Position numbers and translations under genes: made by a program. DNA of 64,000 bases from positions 32,001-96,000 of IMG/VR virus record IMGVR_UViG_3300022188_000006; one strand, written 5' to 3'. Positions 16,790-26,005 of the stretch are shown here, piece after piece; position 1 is the stretch's first letter, and each line of letters opens with the position of its first letter. The stretch comes from a virus. The notes under the pieces are model-generated. The model worked only from the letters and a program-made list of their open reading frames with translations, did not search any database and was not told the origin of the DNA.

Positions 16790-17572
16790 TTACAGCATCA
16801 ACTGGAATCCAACGACTTCCAGGCTGAGAGTATCATTGTCGGCTGTATTGGCCTGGAAGTAAACGTTGCCGTCGATATTCGGCAACTCGACGTATCCAGC
16901 CAGTCTCTTCACGTGCGGACCAACGGCAGATCCGAGACCGCCGATCTCCGTCATTACGTCCACCGTACCTATGCCGTTCGCACTCGCCGAAAGTCGGACA
17001 CCTACATCGTCAGAAGAATCCGGCGCCACATCCTCAATCAAAACCTTCAGTGAGTAGTAACTTGTAACGGGCACTGGAAGTCCAGGATTGAGAGCGGCTG
17101 TAGCAGGAGCACCAGCGGGAGGAATCGACATATTTGCCAGAATGACCTGTGGCAGTGTGCTTACCCGCGCATTCATCTGTTCAAAGGCAACAAAGTTCGA
17201 GGAAGCATCATTATACACAGCCCCCACAAGACGAGCGTCCGTAAACGGCGGGGGGACCACCGGCGCGCTCGAATTGGCGCTGAGAAGTGCTGCTGCGCTC
17301 TGAGCCTGATAGTCGTAAATCAGGTAGATATAGTACCAAGTGCTTGCTGCCTCAGTGCCCTGGTCCAAGCCACCAGGTCCGGAAACCGTTGGGTCTGCAG
17401 TCAAGTCCGACGACAAGGTAACCACAGCGCGTCCCGTCGAGAGACCGATGCTGCTACCCGCGCGAATCGCCACAGAGGAAGGCCCCGTCATCGAAACGCG
17501 CAGGTTCTGAATGGTCGCGGCTACGAGGTTACCGCCGCTCAATGTCTGTCTTGGAAACAGAAGTGGCATCAC
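16790..17572 (-). CDS. Divergent member of the constant-N/variable-C tip family
   Basis: SGPGGLDQGTEAASTWYYIYLIY...RLVGAVYNDASSNFVAFEQ; ends GFQLML. Confidence 0.75.
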   Translation of the reverse strand: MMPLLFPRQTLSGGNLVAATIQNLRVSMTGPSSVAIRAGSSIGLSTGRAVVTLSSDLTADPTVSGPGGLDQGTEAASTWYYIYLIYDYQAQSAAALLSANSSAPVVPPPFTDARLVGAVYNDASSNFVAFEQMNARVSTLPQVILANMSIPPAGAPATAALNPGLPVPVTSYYSLKVLIEDVAPDSSDDVGVRLSASANGIGTVDVMTEIGGLGSAVGPHVKRLAGYVELPNIDGNVYFQANTADNDTLSLEVVGFQLML

Positions 17573-17578
17573 GCTTCC

Positions 17579-20500
17579 TTATGTATGAGCCAAGACACTT
17601 ATCAGGTCAAACCCGGCGGGGTAGTTCGTTGTCACCCCGTTTACATCGCGCCAGATCCGCAACAGATAACGGCACTCACCTGACTGCACATCTGCTGCCG
17701 GTATAACAAGATTGTTTGCCGCCAGATGGTAAGAAGTATCAGCCACAGCCGAAGACACGTCAATCTCTTCTTCCGCTGTCCCGTCAGGAGAAGCTTTGTT
17801 TGGCTTTACGCCGTCCGTCAGTTTCCAGTATTCCAGGTTCAAGCTAACCTGCTGCGAAGCGCCGCCGTTTGTAGGCACAGCATATCGGATATCGAGCTTG
17901 ATGTCCTTGCCGGACCAGTCGCTCGGCTTCTCGAAAGCCACCAAAGTCGCGGTATCCACAGAATTGCCGAATCTGACAGCTCGCTCCAACCCCCAGAGCG
18001 TGACATCAGATGCAGGGTTCGTGGGATCTGCGTGGAATTCAGTCAGCTCAACGTGTTCGACCCCTCGTGGCACCAAGCCGCTCTGGGCCGTTTCGTTGAT
18101 TAGCACCCAGCCATGACTGCCGCCGACATAAAGCAACGTGCCGCCAGAGTAGTTCCTGTCGACAATCAGGTTGCCGGTCTGACCGCGGATGCGCCCGCCA
18201 TTGGGGTTGATTGTGATCGTGTTTGTGGTCGCTGAGCCCGTGTGATCGACAAATCCGACCTGGTCGTAAAGATTCGGCGACCCAGGCAGTGTCAGTGTCA
18301 CGGAACCACCGGACGCATCTATCGCGTACCCGTTGCTCGGCGCCGCAGTAGTACTGGAGGATATGATCTGCCAGGTAAGTCCACCCCCGCCACCCCCACC
18401 GCCGGCACCGACGACCATCTTCAGGAACAGAACTTCCTCACCGCCGCTCATCGGTGTCGAGAAGGTGACAGTGCTCGTGTTCGTTTCAGTGTAATCGACC
18501 GTGACAGTCTGCCGGTTACCGTTGACAAAGACCCAGAGACTGTTGTCTCCCAGGTTATAGGTAAAGGCTGTGATGTTGAATACGGTCTGACCAGCGGCAG
18601 CAACCTGCCGCTCGTCGACGATTGCACCGACAGCACCAGGAGCCAGCTGGAGTACAGTAATCTGCTCCCCAGCCGCTCTCCCGGAAGTAAACACGATATT
18701 CGTCCCGGAAAAAGTGTAGTCCTCACTGGCACCGTAGTGCATGAGGATGTTCCCGGAGAATACGAGTGTCGTGTCATCTGTTGGGGTAAAGGAGAGTCCG
18801 AAAGTGGTTTGCCCGGCCGTAGCTGTGAATTCGTCCTTCGCCAAGGTAATTGAACCGCCACCACCGCCACCACTGGCCGATATTTGCAGCTTTTCGTCAC
18901 CACCAGAGTTGAGCACGCTCAACGAAACGTTGCTGCCTGCAACGATCTTCTGTTGCAGGTAGCCCTTCGTGGTATCGCTGGAGGTAACCTTGACCATCTC
19001 GCCGGTGCCACCAACACCGAAGTACTCCCGAACATCGGTCACGTCGGCAGCTTCGATAACCGGATTGACGGTCTCGTTGACACGGACAATCGCAATCCCG
19101 AGCTTGTCTTCGTCAGGCGCCGGAGCGTTTGTAAACGGGTTTCCTGCACCGACGACTTCGCTTCCCTGTTTGATAGATAGAATCGCCGAATCACTAATTT
19201 GAACCAGGTCGTAGCGCGTGTGTCCAGCTGCTGTCACTGCCGAGAAAGGCCCAACAGACGCAGCCGAAGCCAACTCTGCGTAGCCGGAGCGGTCGGACTT
19301 GACGTAACGACCGCTCTCGATCCGAATGCTGTTGTCGGGACTGGCCTGGGCGTGCGGACGCAGCCAAAGGGCAGAGAAATAGTTCTGCAACGCATTGGCT
19401 GCCATGCCGATATTCAAGAACTCGCGGACGTCGGTAATGTCCTCGGCATCGATCTGGACACCGCCTGTCTCGTTGACACGAATAATGGCCAAAGCCAACT
19501 TGTCGCCATCGGGCGAAGGCGCGTTGACGTAGGGGTCTCCCGGGCCAGCAACCTCAGAGCCGGTCTTGATAGCGATGTTGCCGCCGTCGTCGATGCTGAC
19601 CAGATCGTAGCGGACATTGCCAGAAGTGGATACAGGCCCGAAACTTCCAGATGTTGTCCTAGTAGAGAGTTGCTTTATCGCAGACCTGTCAGAGACCGTC
19701 CAAACACCCGGTTTGATGTCGATGGTATCAGCAAGAGGATCGCTCGGAACCGGTTGTAGATTTCCGGTCCTCGCCAAGATATCCGGCAGGTAGGTCAACC
19801 CGTCGCTAAGGATAGGCCGCAAATCGTCGATATCAGGCGGATTGATAGGATCTTGCCCGTCATAGCGGCGGATCCTAGCTATCTGGAAGGTGTAGTGCTG
19901 GTTGCCATCGCTGTCGACGTAGTCAGGAAAGTGCTCTGAACCCTCTTTGATGTAGATGTTCTGCACCAGCTTCATGCGCAGCTGGGCGCATACCTGAGTA
20001 GACAGATTGTGCCGGAGGTTTGGATCGTCCTCGCAGTCAATCTCGTCCAGATAGACGTTCAGGAACACGCCATCTACCCGGTTGCTCCCGGACGGCGTCA
20101 GCAGCTCGATGCGATAGTGGTCCCCAACCTGGGCCACAGTGGTAGCGTCGCCATCGAGGACCATCTCCGTCTGCGTATTACTGACGACTTGGAACGTCGA
20201 ACCCGGCTGGGTGATATCCGGCGTAACAAACTTCCCGACGTGCTCGTTGGTGTCCCAGTTCGCCGCGCTGTCACTCAGAATCGTTTGATTCGGCCCGGAC
20301 TGGTAGCTGATAGCCGTAATTCTCGGATGCAGGGACTTTCCGTCCTCGGAAGCACCGTCGTTCTTGTAGCTTGTTGCCCCGTACAAAAGGCAGCGATGGC
20401 CGGACAAGAAGAACCTCCCGGCACCATCCGCTGTTCCATCTCCACCAAGAATGTGAAAATCATTATCCAGGCCGACGCCGACGCACTTGAATCCGTCCTT

Positions 20501-20674
20501 AACCGCGCCGTCACCAAGCAGCTGCTCGATTCGGCGCATCAGTGTATAGTGTGACTCTTGAGCGTCGTTGTCATCCGCGTCCACCCAGGGGATGCCCTGT
20601 TGTACGCGGCGCATGACATACCGAAGCTGCTCGTTGAACATCAACCGACTATAATTGCCGTGCGAGGCACCCAT
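17579..20674 (-). CDS. Main tail-fibre/baseplate anchor protein, DUF6519-like N-terminus
   Basis: GNYSRLMFNEQLRY...VQQGIPWVDADDND resembles the DUF6519 N-terminal motif; followed by two anchor modules, two beta-repeat modules, a gp10-like module and a C-terminal beta domain, joined by poly-Gly linkers. Confidence 0.8.
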   Translation of the reverse strand: MGASHGNYSRLMFNEQLRYVMRRVQQGIPWVDADDNDAQESHYTLMRRIEQLLGDGAVKDGFKCVGVGLDNDFHILGGDGTADGAGRFFLSGHRCLLYGATSYKNDGASEDGKSLHPRITAISYQSGPNQTILSDSAANWDTNEHVGKFVTPDITQPGSTFQVVSNTQTEMVLDGDATTVAQVGDHYRIELLTPSGSNRVDGVFLNVYLDEIDCEDDPNLRHNLSTQVCAQLRMKLVQNIYIKEGSEHFPDYVDSDGNQHYTFQIARIRRYDGQDPINPPDIDDLRPILSDGLTYLPDILARTGNLQPVPSDPLADTIDIKPGVWTVSDRSAIKQLSTRTTSGSFGPVSTSGNVRYDLVSIDDGGNIAIKTGSEVAGPGDPYVNAPSPDGDKLALAIIRVNETGGVQIDAEDITDVREFLNIGMAANALQNYFSALWLRPHAQASPDNSIRIESGRYVKSDRSGYAELASAASVGPFSAVTAAGHTRYDLVQISDSAILSIKQGSEVVGAGNPFTNAPAPDEDKLGIAIVRVNETVNPVIEAADVTDVREYFGVGGTGEMVKVTSSDTTKGYLQQKIVAGSNVSLSVLNSGGDEKLQISASGGGGGGSITLAKDEFTATAGQTTFGLSFTPTDDTTLVFSGNILMHYGASEDYTFSGTNIVFTSGRAAGEQITVLQLAPGAVGAIVDERQVAAAGQTVFNITAFTYNLGDNSLWVFVNGNRQTVTVDYTETNTSTVTFSTPMSGGEEVLFLKMVVGAGGGGGGGGLTWQIISSSTTAAPSNGYAIDASGGSVTLTLPGSPNLYDQVGFVDHTGSATTNTITINPNGGRIRGQTGNLIVDRNYSGGTLLYVGGSHGWVLINETAQSGLVPRGVEHVELTEFHADPTNPASDVTLWGLERAVRFGNSVDTATLVAFEKPSDWSGKDIKLDIRYAVPTNGGASQQVSLNLEYWKLTDGVKPNKASPDGTAEEEIDVSSAVADTSYHLAANNLVIPAADVQSGECRYLLRIWRDVNGVTTNYPAGFDLISVLAHT

Positions 20675-20745
20675 CCGGCTCTCTCCTTGAACAGGCGAAC
20701 GCTACAGTCGCCAAAGCGCAAACCTACCAGGGCGCGCCTACTGAT

Positions 20746-20774
20746 AGTATATTGATAGCAGGCACGCGAATCAA
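20746..20774 (-). promoter_or_regulatory. Putative sigma70-type promoter TTGATT-N17-TATACT
   Basis: Located in the 113-bp gap upstream of the fibre/tip gene array; near-consensus with 17-nt spacer. Confidence 0.65.
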
Positions 20775-20787
20775 CAACGGGACCGCT

Positions 20788-21639
20788 TTACACGCGAAGC
20801 ACAATATCAATGAAGCGCACGATCTTTATCGTGGGATCCTTCCAGATACGATTGTGGTGAATCAGGTCCACCATCAGCCCGCTATCAGTAGTGGCTGTTG
20901 CTGTGCCGCCAAATAGCCCCTGCTCCCGAATATACTTGAAATTAAAGGGATCGGACGGATTCCCGTAATCCCATGTCGTGCGTATCTCGATGACGTTTGT
21001 TGGATCTATAGAGACTTCGGGAACGAACTCGTATTCGGTAGTAGAATCGACAGGGGCCGAGAAGGGTGTCGCTACAGTAATTTCACCGGTCTCCTGAACA
21101 TAGCTCGAAACCACGCGACTCTCCCCGGCATTCGTACCAGCAGTGATTTCTACAGTCATCCCATCGAAGAAACCGTCCGGCTCGAATCTCCCAACCAAAC
21201 CGCAGCCGTCCACACGCGAAGGGTCCACGATAGTCGACGACGTACCGCTCTGCGCCTTGCCCTGGCCCCACTTCAGGTAAGAAATCCCGTCCGGCTGCAA
21301 TCGACTCACTTCGCTCTGCAGAGTGGTCGCAAATTTGGATGGGTCAGGAATGCCAGAAGTATCCCAGGCACTGTCACCGACGCCAATAGCGTGAAACAAA
21401 ATTCCGCCAAGGAAAGAAGGATCACCGGCAAGTAACCCGGCAACTAGAACAGTAAAGGGCTGGACAATGATGTTGTGGTTCTTCTTGGTTTTCTCGACAA
21501 GGGCTTCGGAACCGTCCTCCGTCCGCTTCCACACCTCGTCGTACCAGATACCGCGGCACATGCGAGCATCTGCAATCTCGCGCTTCGCCTGGCCACCGGC
21601 CTGCATTTGCTCAAGTCTGCGTCTCATATTTCCCTCCAT
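20788..21639 (-). CDS. Tail-collar/baseplate fibre attachment protein
   Basis: HNIIV...LLAGD...HAIGVGD...TTLQSEVSR...IREQGLFGG...RIWKDPTIKIVR pattern of tail-collar fibre proteins, with an inserted beta domain. Confidence 0.65.
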   Translation of the reverse strand: MEGNMRRRLEQMQAGGQAKREIADARMCRGIWYDEVWKRTEDGSEALVEKTKKNHNIIVQPFTVLVAGLLAGDPSFLGGILFHAIGVGDSAWDTSGIPDPSKFATTLQSEVSRLQPDGISYLKWGQGKAQSGTSSTIVDPSRVDGCGLVGRFEPDGFFDGMTVEITAGTNAGESRVVSSYVQETGEITVATPFSAPVDSTTEYEFVPEVSIDPTNVIEIRTTWDYGNPSDPFNFKYIREQGLFGGTATATTDSGLMVDLIHHNRIWKDPTIKIVRFIDIVLRV

Positions 21640-23525
21640 TAGGGCCTAACATAGGCACTTATGTAGTAGTGGCCGTCCACGGTAGTAATAGGTGGACTTC
21701 CCTCAATCACGATATTGGATGTCAGCAGCCTGTCCGTAACAAGATCCTGCCAGAAGTCGATCACTCTCTTGGAGAGGTCGAAGAGACTCAGGTAATAGCC
21801 CAAGGCACCTTGTATCGGTGCGCCCGACCGCATCCCACAGGCGCCCTCGTCGTCCGCCGAGATTAGGAATACGTCCGCCCACTCCCCCTTCACATCATAG
21901 ATTTCAGTATGTGTTGTCCAAATCTCGGTCTTGGCGCTATCTTCCCCATTCTTTGGGAAATCCGTGTACTCGGGATAATGGCAATCGACCGCTGTCATCA
22001 CGGGCACCGTACAGGCAGGCACCGCCTCCCGCATTGTTCTGCACAGCTTTTCTACCGTCTCTCTCAGAAGTGGCTTGTTGCAGATGATAGTGCCCGTACA
22101 CCCCGGCCTATCGTTCCCGAGTGTAAAGAAATAACCAAGCCGCTCACAACGATAGTAAGTGCCGTAGAACTGCTCCGGCATAATTTCTATGCCGACAATC
22201 TCCGGATTTCCAAGCCATGTCGACTCGACCAGGATACGCCAATCCGTGTGCGGTTCCAACCCGTCTGTCTCTATCTCGAAATCTCTCCAGACACCGATTG
22301 TTCCTTTATCCGCAAGCGACGTAGCCTGGATAAAGATGTTGTTCCCGCTCGCGAACTTACCGGCGAGAAGTCGCATCTGGCCCTGCCACTCGTCCAAGAC
22401 ATAATCCGTTCCGGCGGTCTTTAGGTCAGTACTGACCTGACGGACACGTGAGAGAATGGGAATGCCGTGCGGCTCGCCCACCGGGGTAGTGAAGGTAACG
22501 ATATTACCCTCTACCTCTTTCACCTGGAAGTACGCCGTCACGCCCTGACCGCTGATCTCGATCCAGTCGTCCTTGGAAAGCCCCCCGGCATCTGAAAGCG
22601 TCGCCTGCGTGTCGCCGAACTCAAGAGTCTTGGCAAGCTCGGTGTCTACAGCCTGGTAGCCAGTTACTTCGTAGACTTCGGCAGCAGGAATTGGCGACAC
22701 GGGTACATAGCGCATGTAAATCGTCTGGTCGTTGCCATCGGCCTCTATGAGGAACTGCGTGAGACTCTTGGTGTCGCCATAGCGGTAGTCGCCAGCGTCG
22801 ACCCAGTTGCTACCGTCGAACCACTGCAGCTTCCATCTGTCCAACCCCCACCCACTGCGCAACCGTATGAGCGTCGGAACGATAGGCTCGTGCCAATGAT
22901 AAGCCCACCAAGCAGGAGAAACAGTATCGGCAACCCAAGACGTGTCCTCGCGGTTATCCAGCGCGCGCCAGGCCTCATGACCCACGACACTACCGGACGT
23001 GTATTCTGCACCCCTTCTGAGCGTGTCCTGCCAAGCGTAATCGTAGGAGAACGCTGTCTGGTCCCCGGGAAGCCTAAAAACGGTAGCCGCCGTACCTTGG
23101 TTGTCGGCAGAAACGGAATACTGGCGCGAAGATGTCTTGATGTTCTTCCAGAACTCGACAATGTCCGTCTGCAGGCGAGATATGCGATACCCATGTATCC
23201 TGCACCCGACAACGGTGCCTTTGCGCTTGTACCACTGGACTGCGCCCTTGATCTCCTCTCTCTGCTGAGAAATAGGCAGCTCTTGGTTGAACTGGACTCC
23301 GACAAGTGCCGCCATCAGCGGCAGAAAATCGGCATCGGTCTGATCGACGTCGATCATCACCGGCATCGCATCGAGCAGACCCTTTATTTCGTCGAACTTC
23401 GGCCCAAAAATCTTCAGGAACCGTCGCAACTGCCCGTACTTGACCGAGCCGTCCTCGGCCGGATTAAACACCTCGCCGTCAGACGCTGCCACTGGTACCA
23501 GACTGGTCAGGTCCTCGAAAGCCAT
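21639..23525 (-). CDS. Baseplate wedge protein, P2 gpI-like, with discoidin-like and beta-barrel insertions
   Basis: GQLRRFLKIFG...IDVDQTDADFLPLMAALVG...QREEIKGAVQWYKRKGT; HEAWRALDNREDTSW...WKLQWFDGSNWVD discoidin-like segment. Confidence 0.8.
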   Translation of the reverse strand: MAFEDLTSLVPVAASDGEVFNPAEDGSVKYGQLRRFLKIFGPKFDEIKGLLDAMPVMIDVDQTDADFLPLMAALVGVQFNQELPISQQREEIKGAVQWYKRKGTVVGCRIHGYRISRLQTDIVEFWKNIKTSSRQYSVSADNQGTAATVFRLPGDQTAFSYDYAWQDTLRRGAEYTSGSVVGHEAWRALDNREDTSWVADTVSPAWWAYHWHEPIVPTLIRLRSGWGLDRWKLQWFDGSNWVDAGDYRYGDTKSLTQFLIEADGNDQTIYMRYVPVSPIPAAEVYEVTGYQAVDTELAKTLEFGDTQATLSDAGGLSKDDWIEISGQGVTAYFQVKEVEGNIVTFTTPVGEPHGIPILSRVRQVSTDLKTAGTDYVLDEWQGQMRLLAGKFASGNNIFIQATSLADKGTIGVWRDFEIETDGLEPHTDWRILVESTWLGNPEIVGIEIMPEQFYGTYYRCERLGYFFTLGNDRPGCTGTIICNKPLLRETVEKLCRTMREAVPACTVPVMTAVDCHYPEYTDFPKNGEDSAKTEIWTTHTEIYDVKGEWADVFLISADDEGACGMRSGAPIQGALGYYLSLFDLSKRVIDFWQDLVTDRLLTSNIVIEGSPPITTVDGHYYISAYVRP

Positions 23526-24004
23526 CAGGCGCCATCCTGTTCATGGTAGACATTGGGCAAGAGCCGCCACATCTTGTGCTCGAAGTAACCAGTCGGGATC
23601 GCGAAAGCCTTGCCCTTGTACTTATTGTCGAGCACCCACACACCGTCAGCCGCACGACGCGCGAACAAGCAGTAGTAATAAACCTGGTATGCCTCGCAGT
23701 CCATGTCGGCGTAACTGAATGTAGAGAACGGACGTTCCTCGTCTACAAGGATAAGGCCGTCCTGGATGTTGCGCGGCCATTCACCCCACTTGCGGACGAG
23801 GCAAATCCTGTCAGGACTCACCGGCGGCAAGTTCCAGTTAATGACAATCTGTGGACCCTCGTATCCTCGACGCACGCAAAACGGCAGTTCCGTCGGACCT
23901 AGCGGCTGCCCGGGAACGCTGTCCGTCCGACGACTGCGAAGTCCGCGGTCACCAGATGGAACAGCTATTCTGTCTATACTTCTGCGACTACGCAGCTGGG
24001 CCAC
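23525..24004 (-). CDS. FN3-like protein carrying the N-terminal motif of gpI-like wedge proteins
   Basis: IVINWNLP...LVRKWGEWP...DG...YYYCLF FN3-like pattern; ends MWRLLPNVYHEQD; TGATG-coupled to the next gene. Confidence 0.65.
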   Translation of the reverse strand: MAQLRSRRSIDRIAVPSGDRGLRSRRTDSVPGQPLGPTELPFCVRRGYEGPQIVINWNLPPVSPDRICLVRKWGEWPRNIQDGLILVDEERPFSTFSYADMDCEAYQVYYYCLFARRAADGVWVLDNKYKGKAFAIPTGYFEHKMWRLLPNVYHEQDGA

Positions 24005-24518
24005 GCCATTCCCTCAACACTTTTTCTCTGTGCTCACGCGCGATGTCGTTAAGTCTTTGCAAGACTTGACGCGCTTCTGCGACCTCATTATCGTCAATGC
24101 CAAGCATCTTTGCGAAGGCCAGCACTGTGTTTGTGCTTTCTTCGAGCTGGCCAAGCAGCTTCCAAGACCGGCGCCGGTACTTTTCCTTTTTCCCTTCTGG
24201 AACTCTTCCCTTGGAAATTGCAAATACTGCTGGAGTCATTGCGATCGCGCCCAAGGCCCGGCACTTAGGACAAGACGGCGTAAGCTCCTCTGAGCCAGGG
24301 ACAAACACTTCACCACACGCACGACACCTCCATCTGACTTCCGCTTGCCTGCCGATTCGACTCTCGGAAACGGACGCTGGGGCAACGCGACCGGTCATCT
24401 CCACACCTTTCCCGCCACAAAGCGGGCAACGCATGGCCAGAGTCTTTACCTCGGCATTTATCGCGAAGGTACGCTGACAGACCTCACAGGTATATCTTAC
24501 AGTGGTTCGTGACTTCAT
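23988..24518 (-). CDS. Double zinc-ribbon protein
   Basis: Four CxxC pairs (CEVC, CPLC, CRAC, CPKC) plus a basic helical C-terminus. Confidence 0.75.
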   Translation of the reverse strand: MKSRTTVRYTCEVCQRTFAINAEVKTLAMRCPLCGGKGVEMTGRVAPASVSESRIGRQAEVRWRCRACGEVFVPGSEELTPSCPKCRALGAIAMTPAVFAISKGRVPEGKKEKYRRRSWKLLGQLEESTNTVLAFAKMLGIDDNEVAEARQVLQRLNDIAREHREKVLREWRGPAA

Positions 24519-26005
24519 AGATTCCTCACCGCCACAAGGTTCGCCGGACCTTCCACGTCTTCATTGCGCGTACCAACATCCCAGGACGTATCGGTATCCT
24601 CTGCCTCTATCCTGTAAGTATAAACCTGACCGTTTTGGGGAATTGGCACCTCCAAGTCTGACCTCCGGTTCGTAGTGTTGTCAGCGCTATCATCAAAAAA
24701 CGGGGTAGCCTTGTCAATCAGCACCGAATTCACTTTGACACATCGACTTGGGTCAAAGTCAGCACCATCGCATCTATAGACGTTGTACCCGTCCGTGTTT
24801 AGGTCGCTGCTGGCTGGGAATCCGCTCCAGCTGAGGTAGACCTTACGGTCCCCAAGCGCCACCTGCGGCTCCTGAGGAACAGAAGGTATCGTCTCCAGCA
24901 TCACGCTCGCAGCAAAGGAGGAATTCTCCGGCGACTCGTCGTCGACAGCGAACAAGTAGAACGTCCAGCTCTCACCATTGGCAGATGGTGGCATAAGCTC
25001 GGTGATTGACGTGGCTGTGGGAGAAATGTCTCTGGACACCGCTTTGTAGCCAGCATGATGTGTAACCGCGTCCAAAGTGACCCTTGAGTGCCCTTCGGTT
25101 GGAGTAACCGGGTGGTCACCAGAGACGCGGTACAGCTCATAGTGATGCAAATCGCTCAGAAGCACACCGTAGATGACAAACACATCACTGCCTGCAGCGA
25201 ATGCGCCGTTTTCCAGCGTCAACTTGCCGGCCGTATAATCGACTGAATAGTCGACGTCCCGTGTCTTTTGGTTCACCGAAACCGTCTTGACGGTAGAACC
25301 AGCAGGAAACTCGTCCCGGAAATTACAACGGGTTTCCAACCGCAGCTCGCTTACCCCCTCGCTGAGCAGACGATAGTACGCTTTCCTTGCCCCGTCGGCA
25401 ACTTCGACAATCTGACCCACGTGAAATCCGTTCGAGTCAGCAACCTCGATCAGATCTTGTGTCCTGCTGAAAGGACGTACAAGCGTGGTATCTCCGCCAA
25501 ATGGATCGTAGCCAGTAATCTCGAACACCGTCTCCGACTCGCTCTCAAGATGGTTGTTGCGCGCCACCAGCGTCTGATACGTACCAGATGCCTGACCAAG
25601 GTAATCACCCATCTGTTCATTCAGAGTCACAGTATCCCAGCGAACCGTGATAAGCGTCTGACCTCGTGATACGGCCGTCTCCTGAACAGCAGAAATTGTC
25701 GTCATCCTGGGAATCGCCGGCGCTAGAGCATCCTGCCAGACAACCGGTACATAGCTGATGTAAAGCTCAAAATCCTGTTTTGTAATCTCAAGGTTCCCGT
25801 CCTTGACAAGCGCCGTTCCCGTGGAGTTTTCTCCAAGCGTCAAGGCAGCAGTATACAGAACCGTCTCTATCTCGCTGTCCGTTTGGCGCAGCGTCGCACC
25901 TTCAGACACGAATATGCGGTCGTGCGTACTCGGCGAATTGTCGTAAAGGGTAGACGCCAAGAATGCGTCGACAGTAGTATCAGATGTGATGTCAAAGTCA
26001 GACAT
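24515..26005 (-). CDS. Virion structural protein with fibronectin type III-like domains
   Basis: HYELYR...FYLFAVDDESPENSS; PSVPQEPQV..GDRKVYLSW...DGYNVYR...YTYRIEAED. Confidence 0.75.
   Translation of the reverse strand: MSDFDITSDTTVDAFLASTLYDNSPSTHDRIFVSEGATLRQTDSEIETVLYTAALTLGENSTGTALVKDGNLEITKQDFELYISYVPVVWQDALAPAIPRMTTISAVQETAVSRGQTLITVRWDTVTLNEQMGDYLGQASGTYQTLVARNNHLESESETVFEITGYDPFGGDTTLVRPFSRTQDLIEVADSNGFHVGQIVEVADGARKAYYRLLSEGVSELRLETRCNFRDEFPAGSTVKTVSVNQKTRDVDYSVDYTAGKLTLENGAFAAGSDVFVIYGVLLSDLHHYELYRVSGDHPVTPTEGHSRVTLDAVTHHAGYKAVSRDISPTATSITELMPPSANGESWTFYLFAVDDESPENSSFAASVMLETIPSVPQEPQVALGDRKVYLSWSGFPASSDLNTDGYNVYRCDGADFDPSRCVKVNSVLIDKATPFFDDSADNTTNRRSDLEVPIPQNGQVYTYRIEAEDTDTSWDVGTRNEDVEGPANLVAVRNL

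Larger units (their letters stand above)
3739..17572 (-). repeat. Dispersed direct-repeat array: ~370-bp conserved N-terminal coding blocks (8 copies) and 222-bp genes (4 copies)
   Basis: Recurrent DNA such as gatgtagtacca, cttttcttcgtataaccgga and gatgaggtcgttcgg; all in the same orientation. Confidence 0.9.

Noticed and set aside
3739-17572. Diversity-generating retroelement or invertase shufflon as the source of tip variation
   Set aside because: No reverse transcriptase, recombinase, inverted cassettes or TR/VR pair differing only at adenines in the window; an enzyme elsewhere in the genome cannot be excluded.
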